Shown: positions 20,224 to 30,897, counted from the stretch's first letter. The stretch: 64,000 bases of DNA from Candidatus Iainarchaeum sp. (GCA_017609985.1 JAFCCW010000001.1:32001-96000), one strand, 5' to 3'. Numbers and translations: made by a program. The notes: generated from the sequence alone by a model not told the origin.

Positions 20224-21228
20224 TTTAAGAACATCAAGTTCCGAACAAACACAATCTGCATTAATAAGCAAAGAAATGCTTGGATTACTCCTTCCCTTAT
20301 CCCCTGAAATAAATTCCTTGATATAAAGACCAGCCTCAGCATCCAGTTCAATCTGAAACACGGAAGAAGACAAAATATTTACAGACGTGATTGTACAGTT
20401 TCTCTCCCTAACAAGATCACTTCTTCTCTTTGAAACACGATTGGGAGTGCGCTGTTTTATCTCAATTTTTTTTCCAAGAAGAGAATTAATCACTTCATGA
20501 TTGGGAGGCGAAGAACAAGTTACTGTTGCAAGATAAAGCTTGCGAGCCTTGCTTTCTTTTAATTCAGCAATTCTTTGCTTTGAAGAAATAACAATAGAAG
20601 AAACAGTGACTTTCCCATCAGCAAAAGAATTGATTGCTTTTTCAAGTTCTGAAACATCGACAACTCTTTTCTTGGGTTCAATAAGTTCAAGAACAAAACT
20701 TCTGCCAGAACCAAGCATTTTCACGTCCACATCTTCTCTTCCCTGACCATGGAACTTGTTTCCGCTTGCCTGAAAAAAAATCATTGCCTGTTCAGCCACA
20801 AGCTCTTGAACAGACTCAATACTTGAAACTCCTTTGAAAGAACATTCTTTGCAACCCCTGCCCCTGCATTTTTGACAGGAAAAGATTGTCTGAGCTATTT
20901 CACGGGAAAATTTATTGTATTTTGCTTCAATATAAACAGAACGAATGAAAATCGAAACAATGGAAGAATTAAAGTCAACAATTATTTCCGCATCAGGCAG
21001 TTCTCCATCAAAAGGAACAGAAAGATTCTTTTCAACAGCACTCGCAAGCTTGAACTGAAACTCGTGCTTTAGCATTGAAACCTCATCATCTGAAAGATTA
21101 ATTGGGAAAGAACATCCAAGAACAAAAGAAGAAATTGAAAAACCAGAAAGCATTGAATAAATTGTTTCCGAAATTGGTTTGATTGCCTCTTGTGAAAAAT
21201 CAGAAAACTCAAAAGATTGTTTTAACAT
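20212..21228 (-). CDS. pus10: tRNA pseudouridine(54/55) synthase Pus10
   Basis: YNKFSREIAQT, GREDVDVKMLGSGR, QRTPNRV, GLYIKEFISGD. Confidence 0.93.
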   Translation of the reverse strand: MLKQSFEFSDFSQEAIKPISETIYSMLSGFSISSFVLGCSFPINLSDDEVSMLKHEFQFKLASAVEKNLSVPFDGELPDAEIIVDFNSSIVSIFIRSVYIEAKYNKFSREIAQTIFSCQKCRGRGCKECSFKGVSSIESVQELVAEQAMIFFQASGNKFHGQGREDVDVKMLGSGRSFVLELIEPKKRVVDVSELEKAINSFADGKVTVSSIVISSKQRIAELKESKARKLYLATVTCSSPPNHEVINSLLGKKIEIKQRTPNRVSKRRSDLVRERNCTITSVNILSSSVFQIELDAEAGLYIKEFISGDKGRSNPSISLLINADCVCSELDVLKISD

Positions 21229-21270
21229 AAAAAAAATAACCAGAAAAAAAGATTAAAAAAAGAGGAGAAT

Positions 21271-23925
21271 TTATTTCTCCTTCTTTTCCCTTATTGCGGC
21301 CTGAGCTGCAGCAAGCCTTGCAATTGGAACCCTAAAAGGTGAGCAAGAAACATAGTTCAATCCAATTCTGTGGCAAAACTCCACAGAAGCTGGCTCTCCA
21401 CCGTGCTCTCCGCAAATTCCAATTTTGAGCTTTTCTTTAGTGCTTCTTCCCTTTTCCACAGCCATTTCAACAAGCTTTCCCACACCAGACTGATCAAGAA
21501 CCTGGAAAGGGTCCTGTTCGAGAATTGAATTCTCGACATAGAATGGAATGAAAGTTCCAGCATCGTCTCGGCTGTAACCGAATGTGGTTTGAGTTAAATC
21601 ATTTGTTCCAAATGAAAAGAACTCTGCGTGCTTTGCAATCTCGTCAGCTGTCAAGCAAGCTCTTGGCAATTCCATCATTACTCCAACAGAATAAGAAATT
21701 TCTTTTCCTTTTTCTTTCAGAATCTTTTTTGCAGTGGAATCAACAAGAGACCTCATGCGCTGCATTTCATTAACATGGCCAAGAACAGGAATCATTATTT
21801 CCGGTTTTGCGTCAATTCCGTCTTCCTTTGCCTCGATAGCTGCTTCAATGATTGCCTGAACCTGCATTTCATTTATTTCAGGATAGACAATTCCTAGTCT
21901 GCAACCTCTGAATCCAAGCATTGGATTAAACTCGTGAAGAGACTCAATTTTTTCCTTGAGTTCTTCAACAGAAACATTCATTTCTGTCGCAAGCTCGTTT
22001 ATTTCCTTGTCCTCTCTTGGAAGGAATTCATGCAAAGGAGGGTCAAGCAATCTGATTGTGACTGGCAAGCCATCCATTGACTTGAACAAGCCCTTGAAAT
22101 CATCTCTCTGGAAAGGCAAAAGTTTTGCAAGAGCCTTCTCCCGCCCTGCCTTGTCCTTGGAAAGAATCATTTCCCTGACTGCCTTAATTCTGTTCTCTTC
22201 AAAGAACATATGCTCTGTTCTGGTTAAACCAATTCCCTGAGCTCCAAAATCTCGAGCAATCTTTGCATCATTTGGAGTGTCAGCATTAGCCCAGACCTGA
22301 AGTTTGCGCACTTCATCAGCCCACTTCATCACAGTGTCAAAGTCACCTGAAAGTTTTGGTTCAACTAAAGGAACCTGTCCCTCCAAAACCTCTCCAAGAC
22401 TTCCGTCAAGACTAATCCACTCACCCTCTTTGAGCTCAAGGCCTTTTGATGGAATCTTTAGAACCTTGTTTTTCTCATCAACAGTAATTTCATTGCTTCC
22501 AGCAACACAGCACTTACCCATTCCGCGGGCAACAACTGCTGCATGGCTGGTCATTCCGCCTCTTGCAGTGAGAATTCCCTGAGCTGCATTCATTCCCTCA
22601 ATATCCTCAGGGCTTGTTTCAGTTCTGACAAGAATAACTGTTGCATCAGCATCTGCTTCAACAGCAGCAGCAACATCGTCAGCATGAAACATTACTTTTC
22701 CAACAGCTGCTCCGGGAGAAGCAGGCAAACCCATTGCAATAACCTTGTGTTCCTTTTTTGCATTCTCATCAAGCTGCTTGTGCAAGAGCTGATCAAGCTG
22801 AGCAGGCTTTAACTGAAGAAGAGCATCGTCTCTTGAAATAAGACCTTCGCCCTCCATGTCAACCGCAATTTTCAAAGCAGCCTGTGCAGTTCTCTTACCA
22901 TTTCTGCTCTGCAAAATCCAAAGCTTTTCGTTCTCAATAGTGAACTCAAAATCCTGCAAGTCCTTGTAATGCTTTTCAAGCTTTTCATAGACTTCAATAA
23001 GCTCATCATAGACCTTTGGCAAGATTTTTTTGAGGTCGTCAACTGGCAAAGGTGTTCTGATTCCAGCAACAACATCTTCACCCTGTGCATTGATGAGAAA
23101 TTCACCGTAATGCTCTTTTTCTCCTGTTGCAGGATTTCTAGTAAAAGAAACACCTGTTCCAGAATCGTCTCCGAGATTACCAAAAACCATTGCCTGAACA
23201 TTCACGCCAGTTCCAGCATCCTGCTTCAAGTGATTGATTTTTCTGTACTTGATTGCTCTTGGATTATAAAAAGAGTCAAAGACAGCGTTGATTGCCAACT
23301 TCAACTGCTCCCAAGGATCGCTTGGAAACAATTCTCCTCTTGTTTCCTTAACAATTTCCTTGTAATCGTTTACAAGCTCTTTCAAGTCCTCAATAGAGAG
23401 TTCAGTGTCATTCTCCACTCCCTTCTCGTTCTTTTTTGCCTGAATAGCGTGCTCGAATTTTTCGTGTGGAACTTCCATTACCACGTCTCCAAACATCTGA
23501 ATAAAACGCCTGTAAGAATCCCAAGCACCTCTCTCGTTGCTGGTCATCTTTCCAAAAGCCTCCACTGTTTCGTCATTCATTCCAAGATTAAGAACAGTGT
23601 CCATCATCCCAGGCATTGAAACATAGGAACCAGAGCGAACAGAAACAAGAAGAGGTTTTTCCTTGTCACCAAACTTTCTTCCGATTTCGCTTTCAAGCTT
23701 TTCAATATTCTTCTTAACCTCGGCTTCGAGTTCAGAAGGCCATTTTTTGCCGCCTTCATAAAATTCAACACAAGCTTCTGTGCTTAGAGTAAAGCCCGGG
23801 GGAACTGGCAAGCCAGCATTAGTCATCTCACACAACTGCGCTCCCTTGTTTCCCAGCTTAAGAATCCATTCCCAAGTGTTTGCGTTTTCTACTTCATCAA
23901 AAAAATACACATATTTCTTGCTCAC
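21271..23925 (-). CDS. ppdK: Pyruvate, phosphate dikinase
   Basis: LLVSVRSG, GGMTSHAAVVAR, FSFGTNDLTQ, GICGEHGG. Confidence 0.97.
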   Translation of the reverse strand: MSKKYVYFFDEVENANTWEWILKLGNKGAQLCEMTNAGLPVPPGFTLSTEACVEFYEGGKKWPSELEAEVKKNIEKLESEIGRKFGDKEKPLLVSVRSGSYVSMPGMMDTVLNLGMNDETVEAFGKMTSNERGAWDSYRRFIQMFGDVVMEVPHEKFEHAIQAKKNEKGVENDTELSIEDLKELVNDYKEIVKETRGELFPSDPWEQLKLAINAVFDSFYNPRAIKYRKINHLKQDAGTGVNVQAMVFGNLGDDSGTGVSFTRNPATGEKEHYGEFLINAQGEDVVAGIRTPLPVDDLKKILPKVYDELIEVYEKLEKHYKDLQDFEFTIENEKLWILQSRNGKRTAQAALKIAVDMEGEGLISRDDALLQLKPAQLDQLLHKQLDENAKKEHKVIAMGLPASPGAAVGKVMFHADDVAAAVEADADATVILVRTETSPEDIEGMNAAQGILTARGGMTSHAAVVARGMGKCCVAGSNEITVDEKNKVLKIPSKGLELKEGEWISLDGSLGEVLEGQVPLVEPKLSGDFDTVMKWADEVRKLQVWANADTPNDAKIARDFGAQGIGLTRTEHMFFEENRIKAVREMILSKDKAGREKALAKLLPFQRDDFKGLFKSMDGLPVTIRLLDPPLHEFLPREDKEINELATEMNVSVEELKEKIESLHEFNPMLGFRGCRLGIVYPEINEMQVQAIIEAAIEAKEDGIDAKPEIMIPVLGHVNEMQRMRSLVDSTAKKILKEKGKEISYSVGVMMELPRACLTADEIAKHAEFFSFGTNDLTQTTFGYSRDDAGTFIPFYVENSILEQDPFQVLDQSGVGKLVEMAVEKGRSTKEKLKIGICGEHGGEPASVEFCHRIGLNYVSCSPFRVPIARLAAAQAAIREKKEK

Positions 23926-24006
23926 TAAACCACCTCAAAAGTTATTGTATTTACCATAATTTGTAAAATAAGTAATATAATTGGAAAGAAAAGGATTTTT
24001 AAAGCT

Positions 24007-24705
24007 TCAGTTTTTTTTGAAAAATTCGGTTTTTGACGGTTTTCTGCCACAAGACTTCTTCTCAGTGCAATAACCAAGGCGCTCGCACTTAGGACCAACT
24101 GAATTAAACAGGAGGGGAGCAACCTTTTTGCATTCTTCAAGCATGGCTTCTGCTAGCTGACGGATTTCCCACTGAGCGCGAGTGCACAAGCGATGCTCGA
24201 AGAAGTTGTAGAGGGAACGAGTGTTCATGGTTACGACTATTCTAGTCTCGGCAGCATTAGGAAGAAGAAAACGCGCGTCCTCTTTTGGAGAAATTTCAAG
24301 CATTTCCACGTACGCCTTTCTAGAAGATTCAATGGAATCAGTGAATTTTTTAAGAGCAGAAGGATTTGACTTGATTTTTGGAGGAACAATGTAATTGAAG
24401 GATTCCTCATCAACGTATCTCTGGGATTGCTGGCTGTAAGAAGCAATTCTGTGCCTGACAAGCTGGTGAGAACAAGCCCTGCTAATGCCTTCAATGCCAA
24501 AAGTGAAAGAAACATGCTCAAGAACAGAAAAATGGCCTGCTTCCACAAGATGAGAAATAAGCTTTTTTGCATAGTCAGGAGTAACCTTTTTCTTAAGCTC
24601 GTCAATTGTTGCATTAGCATAGCAAATATGACCGGCAGTAGCAGCAGTAAGGTCTGGCTCAGGAGTATGGGACAAGAGTTCAACTTTCAGGCTTGTTTCA
24701 GGCAT
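24007..24705 (-). CDS. thyX: FAD-dependent thymidylate synthase
   Basis: RHRIASYSQQSQRY motif, AQWEIR. Confidence 0.96.
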   Translation of the reverse strand: MPETSLKVELLSHTPEPDLTAATAGHICYANATIDELKKKVTPDYAKKLISHLVEAGHFSVLEHVSFTFGIEGISRACSHQLVRHRIASYSQQSQRYVDEESFNYIVPPKIKSNPSALKKFTDSIESSRKAYVEMLEISPKEDARFLLPNAAETRIVVTMNTRSLYNFFEHRLCTRAQWEIRQLAEAMLEECKKVAPLLFNSVGPKCERLGYCTEKKSCGRKPSKTEFFKKN

Positions 24706-24763
24706 AAATCATCAGATTATAATATGATGGAAAAAGAATAATAATGAATATTGCGTAATAATA

Positions 24764-25258
24764 TTGAGTAAAATGGAAAGACGTAAAAAAACCAAAAGAG
24801 GAAAAAGAGAAGAAAAGGAAAAAAAGAGGAGACAAAGAGAAAGAGATGTAAGAGAATACAAGACACTGGTTGAAACAACAAATAAGTTGCTCGCTGATAA
24901 AGACATAAGCTCTCAAACTTTAAGTGATTCTATAGATATAATAAATGCAGGAATTAAAGCAGAGGAAAGAATGGGAAACCGGCAAGCCGCAAATGCTTTG
25001 AAAAGAATTGCTGAAAAACTTGAAGCACGGCGTAAAGAAATTGATAAATTGGAAGAAATAATAGAAAGATGGGTACAAACTGCAAGAAATATGACATACC
25101 AGACTGATGTGAATATTATCAGAGGATTGAGAAATAAAATAAAAAATATTGCAAGAAGAGAACATAAAGCAGGTCATGTGAAACTGGCAAAACGTCTTAC
25201 TGGATCTGCAAGCCAGCTAACAAGAAGAATAAATGAGCTAACCCAAGGAAAGCAATAA
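24764..25258 (+). CDS. Hypothetical basic helical protein
   Basis: 164-aa ORF filling gap; no recognisable motif. Confidence 0.55.
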   Translation: MSKMERRKKTKRGKREEKEKKRRQRERDVREYKTLVETTNKLLADKDISSQTLSDSIDIINAGIKAEERMGNRQAANALKRIAEKLEARRKEIDKLEEIIERWVQTARNMTYQTDVNIIRGLRNKIKNIARREHKAGHVKLAKRLTGSASQLTRRINELTQGKQ

Positions 25259-25306
25259 AAACAATAAAGTCCTATTTTTATTATCGAATTTTTTTGGTGA
25301 GAAAAA

Positions 25307-25627
25307 ATGGAAGCATTATTTGAAGTAAAAAGCATGAAACAACAATGGAAACCTCCGTTCAAGAAAGACATTGAAACAAAAGAGGTTTCTGTGCCAGTCA
25401 ACGGAAGCTTTGAGACATTCGGCGGAGCAAACGAAAACATATTCAAACTAGTCAAGGCAGAAAACAATGAAGCAAGCATCTGGTACAGTGAACAGTTTAC
25501 GCTCAAAGGCCATTCACACCCAGGCGACAGGATTGTAAACCTGAAACAGGGAGAAAGCGCTTCATTCACCTATCTCTGGGGCGAAGACGGAGTAACAAAG
25601 ACTGTTACACTCAAAAAAACAAACTGA
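25307..25627 (+). CDS. Hypothetical protein
   Basis: GGTGA SD upstream; globular composition. Confidence 0.65.
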   Translation: MEALFEVKSMKQQWKPPFKKDIETKEVSVPVNGSFETFGGANENIFKLVKAENNEASIWYSEQFTLKGHSHPGDRIVNLKQGESASFTYLWGEDGVTKTVTLKKTN

Positions 25628-25662
25628 TTGAAAGAGCAAAGAGTGTTAGGAAAAACGATTGC

Positions 25663-25712
25663 TTTAAAAGATTTATGTGAAAATATTTACATATGAAAGA
25701 ACATTCATATGT
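25663..25712 (+). promoter_or_regulatory. TATA box and ArsR/SmtB-type operator palindromes
   Basis: TTTAAAAG at 25663; perfect IR ACATATGAA-N6-TTCATATGT (25689-25712); imperfect IR TATGTGAA-N4-TTTACATA (25674-25693). Confidence 0.7.
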
Positions 25713-26013
25713 TAGCTGTTTTTCAGTGCTGTCAAACGAGTTAAGGATGAGCATTCTCTCCGAGCTAGAAAAAGGAGAGAGCAATGTCGGCGATATAGTG
25801 CAGGAAATAAAAGCAGACCAAAGCAGAGTAAGCCATGCATTAAGACAGCTAAAAAAATGCGGTTTTGTAAAGTCAAGAGTTGAAGGAAAAGAAAGATTTT
25901 ACTCGCTGAGACAAGAAACATTTGATTCCCTTAAAGCAAAGAAAGGAGAGAGCATGCTTGACATAGCAAAAAGACATTATGAAAACTGCCCATTCAAGGA
26001 GGAAAGAAAATGA
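25693..26013 (+). CDS. ArsR/SmtB-family transcriptional regulator
   Basis: LSNELRMSIL, QSRVSHALRQL, GKERFYSL. Confidence 0.9.
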   Translation: MKEHSYVSCFSVLSNELRMSILSELEKGESNVGDIVQEIKADQSRVSHALRQLKKCGFVKSRVEGKERFYSLRQETFDSLKAKKGESMLDIAKRHYENCPFKEERK

Positions 26014-27185
26014 GCACGAAACAAGTTTATCTCGACAATGCAGCAAGCACACCGGTCGACAAGAGAGTATTAAAAGAAATACTGCCATTCTTCGGCGAAA
26101 AGTATGGAAACGCAAGCAGTGTTCACTCCAGCGGAAGAGAGGGAATGGAAGCAATCCAAAAAGCAAGGGAGAAAATAGCAAAAGCAATCAATGCTGAGCC
26201 AGAAGAAATAATTTTCACCTCATCAGGAACTGAATCAAACAATTTGCTGATTAAGGGATTCGCAAGAGCAGGATTGGAAAAAGAAAAACATATCCTGACA
26301 CAGAAAACAGAGCACGATGCAGTACTTCACCCAATTGAAGAGCTTGCAAAGCAAGGATTTGAAACAAGAGTGCTTGAAGTAGACAGAGAAGGCTTCTTTC
26401 AGATGGAAGAATTTGAAAAAGAAGCAGGACGAGCAGGGCTTGCGAGCATAATGCACGCAAACAACGAGATTGGAACAATTTACCCTATTAAAAAAATAGG
26501 AAAGATTTGCAGAGAGAAAGGAACTGTGTTTCACACTGACGCAGTGCAAACTGTTGGCAAGGAAAAAATTAATGTCAAGAAGATGAAAATAGATGCATTG
26601 TCTGCTTCAGCGCACAAGTTTTACGGGCCAAAGGGAGCTGGCTTTCTGTATTTGAAAGAAGGAATTAAAATAGAGGGATTAATGAGCGGAGGCGGACAAG
26701 AGAGAAAGCTGAGACCGGGAACATACAACACGCAAGGAATTGTTGGAATGGGAAAAGCACTCGAAATCGCAAACAAGGAAATGAACAATGCCAAGGAAAA
26801 GGAAAAGAAAATGCAGAAAGAGCTTGCAAAGAGATTAATGGAAATAGATGACAGCTGGATTAACGGGCCAAAGATTGGAAGTAAGAGACTGGCAAACAAC
26901 TTGAGTGCTGGCTTTGAATACGTGGAAGGAGAAGCAATGCTGATAAAACTGGATGATTATGGAATTGCAGCAAGCACTGGAAGTGCCTGCTCTTCAGACT
27001 CGCTGAAAGCAAGCCATGTTCTGCTAGGAATAGGATTAAGACCAAGGAGAGCTCACGGCACGCTGAGGTTCTCTCTTGGCAAGCAGAACAACATACAGGA
27101 TGTTAAATATGTTGGAGAAAAAATGAAAAAAGTAGTGGGTGAGTTGAGAAACATTAGCCCGTTGAAAAAAGGAGTGATTAAATGA
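26010..27185 (+). CDS. iscS: Cysteine desulfurase (IscS/NifS)
   Basis: YLDNAAST, HTDAVQ, SAHKFYGPKG, STGSACSS. Confidence 0.95.
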   Translation: MSTKQVYLDNAASTPVDKRVLKEILPFFGEKYGNASSVHSSGREGMEAIQKAREKIAKAINAEPEEIIFTSSGTESNNLLIKGFARAGLEKEKHILTQKTEHDAVLHPIEELAKQGFETRVLEVDREGFFQMEEFEKEAGRAGLASIMHANNEIGTIYPIKKIGKICREKGTVFHTDAVQTVGKEKINVKKMKIDALSASAHKFYGPKGAGFLYLKEGIKIEGLMSGGGQERKLRPGTYNTQGIVGMGKALEIANKEMNNAKEKEKKMQKELAKRLMEIDDSWINGPKIGSKRLANNLSAGFEYVEGEAMLIKLDDYGIAASTGSACSSDSLKASHVLLGIGLRPRRAHGTLRFSLGKQNNIQDVKYVGEKMKKVVGELRNISPLKKGVIK

Positions 27186-27583
27186 GTGAAGCTTATTCAG
27201 AAAAGGTAATGAACTATTTCAGAAAGCCAAAAAATATTGGAGAAATTGAAGATGCAGACGCAATAGGGAAGGTTGGAAATCCAACATGCGGAGACCTGAT
27301 GTGGGTTTATATAAAAGTTGGAAAGAAAGAAGACAAGGAAATTCTTAAGGATGTGAAGGTCAAAACTTTTGGGTGTGTTGCAGCAATTGCAACAAGCTCT
27401 GCGCTGACCGAGATGGCAAAAGGAATGGAGTTGGAAGAGGCAGGGAAAATAACAAAGCAAGACATTGCAGACGAGCTAGGCGGATTGCCACCAGCAAAAA
27501 TGCACTGCTCCATGCTCGCACTTGACGGGCTAAAAAAAGCAATTGAAGAATATTATGGAAAGCAATATGAGAAAAGTAAATAA
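27182..27583 (+). CDS. iscU: Fe-S cluster scaffold IscU/NifU
   Basis: GNPTCGD, FGCVAAIA, LPPAKMHC. Confidence 0.95.
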   Translation: MSEAYSEKVMNYFRKPKNIGEIEDADAIGKVGNPTCGDLMWVYIKVGKKEDKEILKDVKVKTFGCVAAIATSSALTEMAKGMELEEAGKITKQDIADELGGLPPAKMHCSMLALDGLKKAIEEYYGKQYEKSK

Positions 27584-27603
27584 AGAAAGAGAAAATAATA
27601 GTA

Positions 27604-28389
27604 TTGATGAAAAAGCCTATGAGAAGTCAGCAAGAAAGATGGGGATTTAAACACAGCCCTGTTAGAATCAAGGGAAAAACACCCCAACAGACTGGCGGAG
27701 TTGCAAGAAGCTTTTATAGACAGCTTGATGAAAACAGATTTACTGTTGGAAAACATTATCTAAAAGCGCATGCGCACAGAGTAAGAACACTGCCTGATAC
27801 ACACACAGCAGGAAGTCCTGATTTTGATGCCCATCTTATTGTGGCAGCAAAAAAATTTCTTGGAAAACTTAAAGGAAAAACATGCTGTGAGTTTGGAGCA
27901 GGATATGGAACGCTATTGAATGCGTTGGGAAAAGAAGGAATGAAACTAAGAGGAATTGAAAAAGAAAAAAAGCAAACTACAATAACAAAACAGTTTGTTA
28001 ATGGACAAATAGTTCACGGAATTGACGCAGGAAACAGGAAACAAGTTCGTTCAGCTACGGGAAACAGAAAGTTCAATCTGACTATAAGCAGTTTATTGTT
28101 TCAATCAAATATAATGACAGAGAAAGCTGTATCTAAAATTGCAAGAAATATTGCGGAAGCAACAGAGGAAGGAGGTTACTCAATTCATTTTGCAGGAACA
28201 TCAGGAGAAAGTAAGGATATTGTTCCAATTAAAGAATTTGAAAAACAAGGGCTGGAGTTAGTGGAAGTGAGACATGTTTATGGGCGAGGGCACGACCCAA
28301 TGCTACAAAAAATGAGAAAAGAAGAACCAGCATTAACACGTATCATACCGGGAACAGTATACATTTTTCAAAAGAAGGGTAGGCAATAG
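27604..28389 (+). CDS. Class I SAM-dependent methyltransferase-like protein
   Basis: CEFGAGYG motif I, GIE motif II. Confidence 0.65.
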   Translation: MMKKPMRSQQERWGFKHSPVRIKGKTPQQTGGVARSFYRQLDENRFTVGKHYLKAHAHRVRTLPDTHTAGSPDFDAHLIVAAKKFLGKLKGKTCCEFGAGYGTLLNALGKEGMKLRGIEKEKKQTTITKQFVNGQIVHGIDAGNRKQVRSATGNRKFNLTISSLLFQSNIMTEKAVSKIARNIAEATEEGGYSIHFAGTSGESKDIVPIKEFEKQGLELVEVRHVYGRGHDPMLQKMRKEEPALTRIIPGTVYIFQKKGRQ

Positions 28390-28409
28390 TAGAGTAATAG
28401 GGTGATGAA

Positions 28410-28760
28410 ATGGAACTAAAGCAGGCAATTATTGTCAGAAGCGATTTGGGAATGGAAAAGGGCAAGATAGCTGCTCAGAGCAGTCATGCGAGTGTTGAGG
28501 CAATGGAGAAGGCAAGACTGAAGGAAGAAGAATGGGTTGAGAAATGGAAAGAACAGGGACAAAAAAAGATTGTTTTGAAGATTTCAGGAAAAGACGAGCT
28601 TGTTAAACTATTTGAGCAGATGAAGGGGGAGCTACCATGCGCATTGATTAAGGATGCTGGAAAGACTCAGACAAACCCAGGAGAAATAACCTGCTTTGCG
28701 TGCGGACCAGCACCGGAAGCAAAAATCAACAAGCATACAAAAGAGTTAAAGCTGTTGTGA
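28410..28760 (+). CDS. pth2: Peptidyl-tRNA hydrolase type 2
   Basis: GKIAAQSSHA, GQKKIVLK, DAGKTQ, LKLL end. Confidence 0.95.
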   Translation: MELKQAIIVRSDLGMEKGKIAAQSSHASVEAMEKARLKEEEWVEKWKEQGQKKIVLKISGKDELVKLFEQMKGELPCALIKDAGKTQTNPGEITCFACGPAPEAKINKHTKELKLL

Positions 28761-28779
28761 AAAAGGAGAGTGAATCCAG

Positions 28780-29520
28780 GTGGGGTTCAAAAACATTGTT
28801 TCAAGAATTGTTGAAAAAGCAGACATAGTAATAGAAGTGCTTGACGCAAGATTTCCAGAGTTAACAAGAAATGAAGAACTGGAAAAAAAAGTAAACGGCA
28901 GAGGAAAAAAACTTATTTTTGCATTAAACAAAAGTGACTTGGTTTCAAGAAACTATGCTAAACGAAAGAAAAAAGCACTTGAAAAAGATGGAAGAGCTGT
29001 CTTTGTTTCAGCATCAGAAAAAAAAGGAATCATAAAATTGAGGGAAGAAATTGGAAAAGCAAGCAATGGACAAGAAGTAAAGATTGCAATAGTTGGAGTG
29101 CCCAATATCGGAAAAAGTTCGCTGCTCAACGCACTTAAAGGAAAGCAGTCAGCAAAAGTTGCGCCAATTGCAGGATACACAAAGGGAGAGCAATGGGTTA
29201 GGATATCCGACAAGATAATGCTGTTGGATTCCCCCGGAGTTCTGCCGATTGAAAAAGCAGATGAATTCAGTTCCGCCCTAACCTGCTCAAAGAATCCAGA
29301 ACAGTTAAGTGATGCAGAGGGAATCGCACTACAGCTGATTGACTTTGTAAAAAAAGAAATTCCTGAAAAAGCTGAAAAAGCAGGCTGGGCTGAAAAAAGC
29401 GCAGAACAAGTGCTTGAAGAAACTGCCAAAAAAAAAGGAAAGCTACTGAAAGGCGGAAAAGCCAATACTTCGGAAGCAGGAAAGCTGATTATAAGAGAAT
29501 GGCAGCGAGGAAAACTTTAA
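28780..29520 (+). CDS. Circularly permuted GTPase (YlqF/RbgA family)
   Basis: VLDAR, NKSD before GVPNIGKS, DSPG. Confidence 0.9.
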   Translation: MGFKNIVSRIVEKADIVIEVLDARFPELTRNEELEKKVNGRGKKLIFALNKSDLVSRNYAKRKKKALEKDGRAVFVSASEKKGIIKLREEIGKASNGQEVKIAIVGVPNIGKSSLLNALKGKQSAKVAPIAGYTKGEQWVRISDKIMLLDSPGVLPIEKADEFSSALTCSKNPEQLSDAEGIALQLIDFVKKEIPEKAEKAGWAEKSAEQVLEETAKKKGKLLKGGKANTSEAGKLIIREWQRGKL

Positions 29521-29546
29521 ATAATTTGAAAAACAATTCAATTCAG

Positions 29547-30230
29547 ATGGCAAAAAACCCGAAAAAAAGAGCAGCAAAAGTTTTTGTTGCAGTACTACTT
29601 TGCTTTGCAGTGATTATTACTTATCTGCTCTTCTTTAATCAGGGACTTGAATTAGAACACGACTACAACATAGACACAAAAATAATTGTTATCACAGTCA
29701 AAAACAATTCAATTCACACAATCAGAGAAATTAATATAAGTTATACAACAATGGATGGACAGACAAAAGAAGTTGCAAAAATTGAAAAACTTGAATCGCG
29801 AGAAACAAAAAATATTGAAATTCAAAAAGAAAATTGGATGAAAGGATTTATTGATGTAACAGCAGATGCGTTATTCCACCAGCCAGCCACCAAAAGAGTA
29901 ATTGTTAACGAAGCAGAAACACAGGCAAGCCTTAGCTACAGCATTACTGCGCCAGAATATGCATTTATAGGATTTGAATATCCCCTAAAAATAAAAATCT
30001 GCAATTCAGAATCAAAAAACCCAATAAATCTTGAGTTAAGTGAAGAACACTCAGAAGAATTTTTTGAACAAGAAAACACAACCCAAAAAACAAGCATAGA
30101 ACCAGGAAAATGCAGTGAATTAACATATGAATTTATTCCAAACAAAATAGGAGAAACAGAAATATATTTTAATATAGAAGCTGGTTCTTATAGTAAGAGC
30201 TTTTCTCAGAGACTGAGTGTGGAAGAATGA
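29547..30230 (+). CDS. Membrane-anchored protein with Ig-like beta domains
   Basis: N-terminal TM helix; beta-rich body; start placed at ATG 29547. Confidence 0.6.
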   Translation: MAKNPKKRAAKVFVAVLLCFAVIITYLLFFNQGLELEHDYNIDTKIIVITVKNNSIHTIREINISYTTMDGQTKEVAKIEKLESRETKNIEIQKENWMKGFIDVTADALFHQPATKRVIVNEAETQASLSYSITAPEYAFIGFEYPLKIKICNSESKNPINLELSEEHSEEFFEQENTTQKTSIEPGKCSELTYEFIPNKIGETEIYFNIEAGSYSKSFSQRLSVEE

Positions 30231-30889
30231 AAAAAAACAAAAACCAAGAATCAAGCATAATAAAAATAATTCAGGAAATGGTTAGCAAGGGAGAGAGTGA
30301 AACAAAAATAGTCAGCACTCTGAAAGATATTGGAGTAGAAGAAGAACAGGCAAAAAGGCTTCTTCTTCTAGGACAAGCAAACACATTTTCAATACTAAAA
30401 GGAGAAATAAGCAATATTGTAAAAGAAGACCTTGAAAAAGAAAAAACAGAAATAAAAAAATTTGTACAGAATGAAGTGAAAAGAGAAGAAACCAAAAGCA
30501 AAATAAAAATTGAGCGAGAAATAATAGAAGACATAAAGAAATATGAAAAAGAAATCACTGGACAAAGCAATACATTTCAGGAACAAATTCACGAAACAGT
30601 AGGAAAAATGGCTGAGCTAAGCGAGAGAGTAAAAAATCAGTTAAACGAATTAGGAGAACAAGTTCACCAAATACAGCTTGACATGGATGAAATGCACTTA
30701 AAGGGAGCCGGAGCAAAAAACAGAATGATGAGCAGAACAATGATTATTTTTGGAATAGGATTTTTGATTGCTGATTTTTATCTGTTTCTAACAACATTTG
30801 GAGGTGCAATAAACATTGACTCAGTTATTCTGACAGTAGTAATGGGAATGATTGGAATAACTCTTTTGTTTGTTGCAACGCTTATATAA
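30227..30889 (+). CDS. Coiled-coil protein with two C-terminal TM helices
   Basis: ATGA overlap with upstream gene; composition. Confidence 0.65.
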   Translation: MKKNKNQESSIIKIIQEMVSKGESETKIVSTLKDIGVEEEQAKRLLLLGQANTFSILKGEISNIVKEDLEKEKTEIKKFVQNEVKREETKSKIKIEREIIEDIKKYEKEITGQSNTFQEQIHETVGKMAELSERVKNQLNELGEQVHQIQLDMDEMHLKGAGAKNRMMSRTMIIFGIGFLIADFYLFLTTFGGAINIDSVILTVVMGMIGITLLFVATLI

Positions 30890-30897
30890 ACAGACGA

